Of a stretch of 38,263 nt of DNA, positions 19,126 to 26,267 are shown one piece after another. Under the pieces are notes generated by a model that worked only from the letters and a program-made list of their open reading frames with translations, ran no database searches and was not told the DNA's origin. The first letter of the stretch is position 1; every line of letters starts with the position of its first letter. Source of the DNA: Nitrospinales bacterium (GTDB lineage: Bacteria > Nitrospinota > Nitrospinia > Nitrospinales > JAJDAT01); contig JBHHYO010000015.1 in assembly GCA_046757665.1 (NCBI GenBank), forward strand, positions 1 through 38,263, written 5' to 3'. A program made the position numbers and the translations under genes.

Positions 19126-19302
19126 AAATTTGCTTCTTCGGAATTTTTAAGACGTTGAGAAGGAAGGAAAACAGCCCGGGAGGGTTCGCGGCAAACTGCG
19201 TGTGAGGCAGGCAAACGGGCCGGTCAAGCCGCCGGCCCCGGACAGCACCCGGTTTACAAAATTTTACGATGGAAAAACAGGGGGAAGCGCGCCGCGTCCG
19301 GA

Positions 19303-19325
19303 CCGGCAATCCGCAGGATTGCCGG
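19303..19325 (-). terminator. Hairpin downstream of fliN
   Basis: Perfect 10-bp stem CCGGCAATCC-gca-GGATTGCCGG; the U-tract is not immediately adjacent. Confidence 0.45.
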
Positions 19326-19360
19326 AACCCGGCAACCGCGCCAAATACCGATCCCCGCTT

Positions 19361-19747
19361 TCAGGAAAGCGACTGCACGCGCTCCAGGGGAGAGACGATG
19401 TCCGTTAACCGGATGCCGAATTTTTCATTGACCACAACCACCTCGCCGCGGGCCACCAGCTTTTGGTTGACAAGCACCTCCAGAGGTTCGCCCATCAGTT
19501 TGGTCAGTTCCACAACCGAGCCCTGGTTTAACTGCAACAGGTCGTTGATCAGCATTTTGGTACGGCCCAGCTCAACGCTTACGGTGAGGGGAATATCGAG
19601 AATCAGGTCAAGGTTCCGTGTTTCCTCTTTTGTGCCAAGGGCAACACTCTCATCCCCGCCCGCATCCTCATTGGCACCCTCGTCAAGATCGCCAACATCG
19701 CCGATGTCGTCGAGATCATCAATGGTATCCATATCGTCTTCTTGCAT
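19361..19747 (-). CDS. fliN: Flagellar motor switch protein FliN
   Basis: ILDIPLTVSVELGRT and ARGEVVVVNEKFGIRLTDI motifs; acidic N-terminus. Confidence 0.97.
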   Translation of the reverse strand: MQEDDMDTIDDLDDIGDVGDLDEGANEDAGGDESVALGTKEETRNLDLILDIPLTVSVELGRTKMLINDLLQLNQGSVVELTKLMGEPLEVLVNQKLVARGEVVVVNEKFGIRLTDIVSPLERVQSLS

Positions 19748-19751
19748 GGTG

Positions 19752-20732
19752 TTACCTGTCCCTTTCTATGATATCGGTTATTTGAATGGCTTTGGACCCC
19801 CGGGAACTTCCGGGGTAGCCCTTGAATTTGCGAACTCCTTCCACACTGACGGACAAGGGGTCGGACACGTCGTTTCCCAGCATCAAGGTATCGCCGACTT
19901 TCACCTTGATCAGTTTTTTGGCATCGATGGTGGTCGAACCCAGTTCCACAACCAAATCTACCTCGGTACGCATCAACTGGTTCCGCAACCGGCGCATCCA
20001 CGCCTGATCGACCTCCACCTGTTCGCTCTGAAACTGCTCCCGCAGTTTGGGCATGATCGGCTCGACGGTGGCATAAGGAATACAAACCGTGATCGTGCCG
20101 GAGAACATCTCCATCTCCACTTCAAAGAGAATGACGAGAACAACATCCGTAGGCGGGACGATGGCGGCAAACTGCGGGTTCACCTCCGACCGGACATAAT
20201 TGATATTGACGGAGTGAACGGGCTTCCAGGCTTTTTCCAGGTCCTCCAGGGTTTTGATGACGACATTCTTGGTCATGCGAATTTCGATGGCGCTGAAATC
20301 CCTGCCGGCGATTTTAACCTTGGTGCCGCCGGTGCCGCCGAAAAAGGTATCGACCAGGGAAAACACCAGTTTGCTTTCTATCACGATCATGCCGTGCCCG
20401 TGCAGGGGCTCCATGCGGAATACATGGAGACTGGACGGCAGGGGTAATGCCTTTAAAAACTCGCCGAATTTCACCGTATCCGTGGAAACCGTGCTGACCT
20501 CCACCGTCTTCCGCAACATGGAAGTCAGCGAGTACTGGAGCAGGCGGGAAAACATTTGATTGATGATGTCGAGAGTGGGTAGCCGGCCGCGGATGATTTT
20601 TTCCTGGCTGGTCAGATCATAAGCGACGACTCCGGACACTTCTTCCGGCTGGTCCGTTTCCGTCTCCACCTGGCCTTCGCTGACGCCCCGCAACAGGGCG
20701 TCAACTTCGTTTTGAGATAAGACTTCGCTCAT
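19752..20732 (-). CDS. fliM: Flagellar motor switch protein FliM
   Basis: N-terminal CheY-binding LSQNEVDALL; RSEVNPQFAAIV. Confidence 0.97.
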   Translation of the reverse strand: MSEVLSQNEVDALLRGVSEGQVETETDQPEEVSGVVAYDLTSQEKIIRGRLPTLDIINQMFSRLLQYSLTSMLRKTVEVSTVSTDTVKFGEFLKALPLPSSLHVFRMEPLHGHGMIVIESKLVFSLVDTFFGGTGGTKVKIAGRDFSAIEIRMTKNVVIKTLEDLEKAWKPVHSVNINYVRSEVNPQFAAIVPPTDVVLVILFEVEMEMFSGTITVCIPYATVEPIMPKLREQFQSEQVEVDQAWMRRLRNQLMRTEVDLVVELGSTTIDAKKLIKVKVGDTLMLGNDVSDPLSVSVEGVRKFKGYPGSSRGSKAIQITDIIERDR

Positions 20733-20826
20733 CGGATCGCTATGACTCCCGGAACCGTTCCTCGTCCGCCGGCATTTCCCGGCGGATGAAATCGGGTGGC
20801 TTTAACGTATCTTGTCCCATTATAAA

Positions 20827-21348
20827 TCATTGAATCACAAATTCGGTAAAATATGCGTCCTTGACATGGCCTAAAACCAGAAACCGGTTGACGCGGGTTG
20901 TGATTTCGTCTTTCAATTTAAACTTGCCCTGAACGGAATAAACCTCCTCGAAGGTTTTGCTACTCAACAAAATCAATATGGAATCGGCAATTTTCTGGAG
21001 GTTTTCGTTGATCTCGGCATTAACTTCCGGCGAGCTTAGCTCAAGCGTGATGGCAACCTTCAAAAAGCGCTTTCCCTTGGTTCCAGCCAAATTCACCACA
21101 AAAGGTTTCAGCGGCACCATAACACCCAAGACGGGCGCTTCGGGTTTCTTTGTCGCCGGGGCGCCTGTCGCCGGAGCTTGTTTCCCCGCCTGTTTCGGTG
21201 CAGGGGGAGCAAAAAAATTCAGATAGGCAAAATACCCGCCGGCACCAAGTAGCGCCAAAACAACGGTCCCTATCAAAACCCATCTCATCCTGGATTTTTT
21301 TGGCGCCTCTTCCTCTTCTTCTATTTCAGCAACTTCCTCTTCCGCCAT
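20827..21348 (-). CDS. fliL: Flagellar basal body protein FliL
   Basis: Single TM, PFVVNLA and VKDAYFTEFVIQ motifs. Confidence 0.95.
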   Translation of the reverse strand: MAEEEVAEIEEEEEAPKKSRMRWVLIGTVVLALLGAGGYFAYLNFFAPPAPKQAGKQAPATGAPATKKPEAPVLGVMVPLKPFVVNLAGTKGKRFLKVAITLELSSPEVNAEINENLQKIADSILILLSSKTFEEVYSVQGKFKLKDEITTRVNRFLVLGHVKDAYFTEFVIQ

Positions 21349-21442
21349 TTACCGTCTCCCAAATTGCAGTCACGATTTGCCTTTGCCCACGATTTTTACC
21401 GACGCCAAAAAACTCGACGCGCCATCCTTCTGTTGCAGTAGA

Positions 21443-21458
21443 AGCAAGGACTATGCCA
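21443..21458 (-). promoter_or_regulatory. sigma54 promoter of the fliL operon
   Basis: Minus strand TGGCAT-AGTCC-TTGCT, near consensus TGGCAC-N5-TTGCW, about 95 nt upstream of fliL. Confidence 0.75.
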
Positions 21459-21731
21459 ACCTACAACCCTCCGGAAAAATATAAATACCCATTAAAAACA
21501 ACCCGTTACGAAAAGTCCTCCTGCCGAGGCTCGCTCCGGGGCGGAAAAAATTCCCCCCTGACGACTGTTTGTTTCCGTAGCATAAAATTTTTCAGATGCG
21601 CGATTTCGTGGCATAAAAACCTGTAAAAACCTCGTCCCCCGGAAAAATGAAAGAACGACCGAACAAATCAAAGCATATATTTTCAATAGGTTATAAGTAC
21701 CTTTACGGTCTTTCCCAAAATAAATCAAGCT

Positions 21732-21747
21732 TGGCACAAAATTTGTA
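21732..21747 (+). promoter_or_regulatory. Divergent sigma54-like promoter motif
   Basis: TGGCAC-AAAAT-TTGTA (-12 GC replaced by GT). Confidence 0.45.
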
Positions 21748-21844
21748 GCTGATTTAGCGAAATTGTTCCAAATGATTCCTTAATCCGACTACCCGAATTA
21801 TGGAGTCAATTGGGAGATTCATTCGATACGGAGATAAAATAGCC

Positions 21845-22024
21845 ATGCCCCGCAAAAACCGGAACCGAAAAGCAGTCCTTGTTGAAGGAAAACCGCTCAT
21901 TCCCCCAAAAACAGGCGGATTTTACGCAAGATTGCAGTCGCAATGGAATTTTGGCCGCCGCTTCGTCCAAAAGTCCGACCCCAAAGCTGAAGAGTTTGCC
22001 CGCAACTCAAGTTCGGGCTTATAG
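21845..22024 (+). CDS. Possible 59-aa basic small protein
   Basis: ATG with GGAG 11 nt upstream, downstream of the sigma54-like motif; no recognisable family. Confidence 0.3.
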   Translation: MPRKNRNRKAVLVEGKPLIPPKTGGFYARLQSQWNFGRRFVQKSDPKAEEFARNSSSGL

Positions 22025-22069
22025 GATATCATTTGAACAAGAAAAAAAAACCCGGCAAACATTATTTTG

Positions 22070-22098
22070 TTGACTTTTTCGATCAAAAATCCTAATTT
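22070..22098 (+). promoter_or_regulatory. Candidate sigma70 promoter for the twin-motif RNA
   Basis: TTGACT-N17-TAATTT. Confidence 0.4.
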
Positions 22099-22154
22099 AT
22101 AGGTGTTTTTCTTATGCTTAATAGGAAAACAAGCCGATTGCTCAATCGAAATTT

Positions 22155-22328
22155 AGCAGAGTCGTGGACTTGTCCTCCCTTCCCCCGCCTCGTGGCGGGG
22201 GCTCTGCTTACTTCAAATATTTTCCCGGCTAAAAAATGAGCCGGGGCTTCCTTGGAAACTACCGATCAGAGCTATGGGCTGTGTCCTCCCTTCCCCGTCT
22301 GGTGACGGGGGCTCTGATTCGGTTTTTT
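22155..22328 (+). ncRNA. Candidate small RNA made of two 54-nt structured units with an anti-Shine-Dalgarno core
   Basis: Units at 22155-22208 and 22265-22318 share GTCCTCCCTTCCCC and GGGGGCTCTG with compensatory changes in two stems; the second unit is followed by a T-tract. Confidence 0.65.
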
Positions 22329-22497
22329 CTATTCCCGCTTCTGCTTCACAGAAAAAGTCACTCCTGACTTGCCGACCGTCCCGCCCAAGGTAAAGCAATT
22401 CCATCAACAGCACGTTAGCTTTTAACGCTTTATTCCCTTCCCGGGAACCGCTAAAATGAGTTCCGGCAATACGATCCTGATGCGCCGACGGGGAAAC

Positions 22498-22806
22498 ATG
22501 CTGACGGAACCTCAAAACACCGTAATTTACCTGATGTTTTTAAACGGGTTGCTTTTTCTGGGATTGAATTTTGTCGCTTTTTCGATCATTTCTCCCGGCC
22601 CCCGGGGGTCCAAGAGGTTGGGATATACGCTGATCGTTGCCGCGATTTCCGCATTTTTCGCCCAGCAGGAATTCCAGGGCCTGGTTTCGATGGGGTTTGC
22701 GCCGGCAAGCGCCGGCCAGATTCTGCTGGCCGGATTTGTGGTCCCCGTATTTTTGGTTTCCCTGGTTTATTATCGAATCAAGAAAAACCGCCGGGGACAA
22801 CCATGA
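22498..22806 (+). CDS. Small three-TM hypothetical membrane protein
   Basis: 102 aa with three hydrophobic segments and a basic tail; its stop overlaps the ltaE start (ATGA). Confidence 0.75.
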   Translation: MLTEPQNTVIYLMFLNGLLFLGLNFVAFSIISPGPRGSKRLGYTLIVAAISAFFAQQEFQGLVSMGFAPASAGQILLAGFVVPVFLVSLVYYRIKKNRRGQP

Positions 22807-23840
22807 AACCGATCGACCTGAGAAGCGACACCGTAACGCAACCGACCGATACCATGCGTACCGCCATGGCCCAGGCGGAGGTGGGAGACGATGTCCTGGA
22901 GGAAGACCCGTCCATTCACCGCCTGCAAAACGCCGCGGCGCGCAAGACGGGTAAGGAAGAAGCGCTGTTCGTGGCCAGCGGCACCATGGGCAACCTGGTC
23001 GGCGTTCTCACCCATTGCGGACGGGGCGACGAAATCATCCTGGGCGACCGCAGTCACATTTTCCTCAACGAAGTCGGCGGCATTGCCGCTCTGGGCGGCG
23101 TGCATCCCCGCACCCTGGGCAACCGGGAGGACGGCACCCTGCCGCTTGCCGCCCTCGAAAACGCCGTCAGGCACGACGACCTTCATTATCCGCCCACACG
23201 CCTGATCTGCTTGGAAAACACGCACAACTTTTGCTCCGGCGCGGCCCTGAGCCCACAATACATGGAAGACGTGGCGCGTTTCGCAAAACAACATGCGCTC
23301 AAGGTGCACCTCGACGGCGCCCGCATTTTCAACGCGGCGGCCGCCCTGGCGGTGGATGTCGCGGAGTTGACCCGTCATGCCGACTCCGTCATGTTTTGCC
23401 TTTCCAAGGGGCTCTCGGCGCCCGTCGGCTCCCTCATCTGCGGGTCAAGGGAATTCATCGGCCGCGCCAGGAAAATCCGCAAAATGGTCGGCGGCGGGAT
23501 GAGGCAGGCCGGACACCTCGCCGCCGCCGGAATCGTCGCCCTGGATCAACTTGTCGACAGGCTGAAGCAGGACCATGACCATGCAAAAAAACTGGCGCAC
23601 GGCCTCGCGGCCATTGCCGGAATCGAACTGGCGTTGGACCGCGTGCAAACCAATATTGTTTTCTTCTCCCTGAACCATCCCCGCGTGACTCCGGAAACCT
23701 TTCTCCGGGAACTGGAAACGCGCCAGGTCAAGCTGTTTATGACTGGCCCCGCCATATTCCGGGCCGTACTGCACAGGGAAGTCTCCGAGGAGCAGGTCGA
23801 CTGCGTGCTGGACGCGGTCGGCGCCATTCTGAACTCATAG
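22803..23840 (+). CDS. ltaE: Low-specificity L-threonine aldolase (GntG/LtaE family)
   Basis: IDLRSDTVT, SGTMGN, LENTHN, HLDGARIFNA and CLSKGLSAPVGS (PLP lysine). Confidence 0.96.
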   Translation: MKPIDLRSDTVTQPTDTMRTAMAQAEVGDDVLEEDPSIHRLQNAAARKTGKEEALFVASGTMGNLVGVLTHCGRGDEIILGDRSHIFLNEVGGIAALGGVHPRTLGNREDGTLPLAALENAVRHDDLHYPPTRLICLENTHNFCSGAALSPQYMEDVARFAKQHALKVHLDGARIFNAAAALAVDVAELTRHADSVMFCLSKGLSAPVGSLICGSREFIGRARKIRKMVGGGMRQAGHLAAAGIVALDQLVDRLKQDHDHAKKLAHGLAAIAGIELALDRVQTNIVFFSLNHPRVTPETFLRELETRQVKLFMTGPAIFRAVLHREVSEEQVDCVLDAVGAILNS

Positions 23841-23903
23841 ACACGCATCGGAAGGATACCCCGCAATGCTCGATCCTCTCCGGCCCGGGCCAGCCATTCC
23901 GAT

Positions 23904-23932
23904 TTGACTCTAACAGCGATAATCATTACAAT
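23904..23932 (+). promoter_or_regulatory. Strong sigma70 promoter for rpoZ
   Basis: TTGACT-N17-TACAAT. Confidence 0.7.
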
Positions 23933-23981
23933 GAAAAAACAGCCAGCAAAGGCTCTCGCCGTCAGACAAAGGAGGAATATC

Positions 23982-24212
23982 GTGACAGATATGGTAGAAA
24001 TTCTGGAGTTGGAGAAACAAGCTCTTAACGTCGTAAAGAGCCGATACCTGTTGTGCATTCTTATTGCCCAAAGAATTCATCAACTGGAAAAGGGTGCGCA
24101 ACCGAGTATCGAAATCGAGCCGGACGAATACAAAAACCCGAAAACTTTTTATCAGCTTGCGCTGAGAGAAATCATAGAAGGCAACATGGACCTGGAACAA
24201 GCCAGCGAATGA
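23982..24212 (+). CDS. rpoZ: RNA polymerase omega subunit (or homolog)
   Basis: SRYLLCILIAQRIHQLEKGAQP...LALREIIEG matches the omega pattern; GGAGG lies 6 nt before GTG 23982 (alternative ATG 23991). Confidence 0.8.
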   Translation: MTDMVEILELEKQALNVVKSRYLLCILIAQRIHQLEKGAQPSIEIEPDEYKNPKTFYQLALREIIEGNMDLEQASE

Positions 24213-24290
24213 ATCTCTGATTCCCGCGGAATCCGGATTCGCAAAATTCCCCGGTGGCCTGCCCCGGTTGCAAGAACAAAACCCGCGCAT

Positions 24291-24327
24291 AAAAAAAAGC
24301 CCGCCTTTTGCGGCGGGCTTTTATTTT
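24291..24327. terminator. Bidirectional intrinsic terminator between rpoZ and the cytochrome cluster
   Basis: A8-GCCCGCC-ttttgc-GGCGGGC-TTTTATTTT between convergent genes. Confidence 0.9.
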
Positions 24328-24348
24328 GCGCTAAATCACAAGGGTCGA

Positions 24349-26061
24349 TTACTTGACCTTACCCTCGGCGTACATCTTCCTTGTCCTCTTGGTCATCCAC
24401 ACCAACCAGCCCTGGAGGCCCGCGAAAATCAGGGCGGCAATCGGCGGCAGGTATTTCCTGGATTCCGGAAGCGGAGGCTCCAGAATGGTGTAATACCACG
24501 TGGAAATGGCCATGTGCTCGTCTTTTTCCTTGTTGGCGCCCGACCATTGCATAAAGGATACCGGAATAAACTTTCCCGTGGGAATCTGCACATCGACGTC
24601 CTTGTTGTCCGTCGTCAGGGAACGCCGAATCAATATGCTGACCATGCCCTGCCTGAAAACAGCATCCACCACCTGAACGTTCGGCTCGGTCTCCTTGACC
24701 TCCAACTGGTCGAATCCATGCCCGATAATTTCCTGCACCGAGGTGTTCAGCTCATATCCCTTCTCGTTGGGCGCGTTGGTCGGGGCGTAACCCTTGGCCA
24801 GAAAAGTGACTTTCCACAGGTCCACGGGCTTTTTGGAGTCGCCTAAAATGAAATACGGTTTTTCGGCCCCGAACAAACCCTGAAGTTTCCCCGGCCACTG
24901 GATGGCCACGGCATCGGGGTACTCTTCATCGGTGGAGAGGAACCGCAAATGGTACTCGACCAGATAATACACCGCGTTTTCCTCGGTGCTCCATCGAGAC
25001 GTTATCCAGAGATTGTCCGACCGGGGTTTAAAATTCCTTTCTCCCCGGGTAATTTGTCCTGCCAGGGCCACATAGCTTCTGTACTGGTCTCCCGTGTAAT
25101 CTTCGGCGCGGGGGACGATGCGGTCGTCATCGTAGGGGGCTTGCCACATGGGGTCATTCATGTCATGGGAAACCTTGCCCTCCGTATATTTGGACTTGAT
25201 CAGGAAATCGTTACCCGGTTTGTTTGTCAGCGGATCGATTTTTTTCCTTGGACAAAGGGAGTTGACAAAAGCGGCCAGTTTCCATCGGTCCTCGACGGAA
25301 ATGGAATCCTTGAAGTTCGGCATCGGCGTCCCGTTCAATCCGGTGGAAACGGTTCGGACGATATTGAAGGGGTTATAGGGGTCCCTTCTGCTACCGCGGA
25401 AATTCCAGCACTGTTGCCAGTTGGCGGCCACGATGCGAAATCCCCAATCGTCTTTCATGGTCGGGTTGCCGTCGCCCCGGCCCTCGCCGCCATGGCACTC
25501 AAAGCATTTGTTTTTGAGGAAAATTTCCCTGCCCGCCGCTATATCTTCCTTGGGGATACCGAGATGGTACGGTCCCTTGCTACCCCAGGGATTGGTACCG
25601 AAGTCCTGAACCGTCAGTTCTTCATCTTCATCCTCGAAACTGCGGTCCTGCACCAGCGTCTTGACGAACTGAATGACGGATACGATTTCCTCCTTGCTGA
25701 GGATTTCGCCCCATGCCGGCATGGCGGAACCCGGCAGACCGTTGGTCACGGTTTTGATGAGGTCGGAATCCAGCGGCAACTCACCGGAATCGGTCGTGCG
25801 AATCTTAAAGGTGCCTTGCAGGAAGTTTCTCGGCCGGGTGGCCAGCCGGTCGGCGGAAGGACCGTCGCCGCCGCCTTTAACGCCATGGCACCAGACGCAC
25901 CTTCTGTAGTATGTTTTCTTTCCCAGTTCCAGTTTGTCTTTCAAAACGGGATCGGGGAGTCGGGGCTCATTCTCTGCGAATGCCACGGCAGGCAGACAAA
26001 ACATGAGAATCAAGAAAGCCGGGGCGATCAGCCGTATGGCCGTTTTTCGGTTAATCCTCAT
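24349..26061 (-). CDS. Membrane-anchored diheme cytochrome c with an ethylbenzene-dehydrogenase-gamma/DOMON-like domain (NxrC-candidate type)
   Basis: Signal peptide, CVWCH and CFECH, then PDAVAIQWP...PYFILGD...VDLWK and IPVSFMQW, and a C-terminal TM; ATG 26061 with GAGG. Confidence 0.85.
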   Translation of the reverse strand: MRINRKTAIRLIAPAFLILMFCLPAVAFAENEPRLPDPVLKDKLELGKKTYYRRCVWCHGVKGGGDGPSADRLATRPRNFLQGTFKIRTTDSGELPLDSDLIKTVTNGLPGSAMPAWGEILSKEEIVSVIQFVKTLVQDRSFEDEDEELTVQDFGTNPWGSKGPYHLGIPKEDIAAGREIFLKNKCFECHGGEGRGDGNPTMKDDWGFRIVAANWQQCWNFRGSRRDPYNPFNIVRTVSTGLNGTPMPNFKDSISVEDRWKLAAFVNSLCPRKKIDPLTNKPGNDFLIKSKYTEGKVSHDMNDPMWQAPYDDDRIVPRAEDYTGDQYRSYVALAGQITRGERNFKPRSDNLWITSRWSTEENAVYYLVEYHLRFLSTDEEYPDAVAIQWPGKLQGLFGAEKPYFILGDSKKPVDLWKVTFLAKGYAPTNAPNEKGYELNTSVQEIIGHGFDQLEVKETEPNVQVVDAVFRQGMVSILIRRSLTTDNKDVDVQIPTGKFIPVSFMQWSGANKEKDEHMAISTWYYTILEPPLPESRKYLPPIAALIFAGLQGWLVWMTKRTRKMYAEGKVK

Positions 26062-26267
26062 TTCCAAACCTCAATCGAAAAAATTAAAAAAGTGTCCGGC
26101 AATCCTTCCGTCAAAATTCAGGAAGCACCCGGCATCGTCCTTGTCGGCAAGGCCGATGCCGGCTACGCCGCGAATCCAGCGGCCTTTATCCCCGGCCCGG
26201 CGGCGTCATGCTTCCGCCGGAGCCGGGGGGTAAAGGTTTTCAATCCATAACCACTGCCTTCAAAAAC

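Noticed and set aside
19186-19240. c-di-GMP-I riboswitch-like GGCAAAC...GCAAAC with hairpins in the fliN-fliO gap
   Set aside because: Wrong strand for the flagellar genes and lacks the GNRA tetraloop/receptor; an Rfam scan would settle it.
22155-22318. CRISPR, tRNA or coding explanation for the twin motif
   Set aside because: The units are 54 nt and diverge by compensatory changes; there is no cloverleaf or T-loop; the overlapping ORF 22213..22515 has no recognisable features; the minus-strand GGGAGG is not followed by a start codon.
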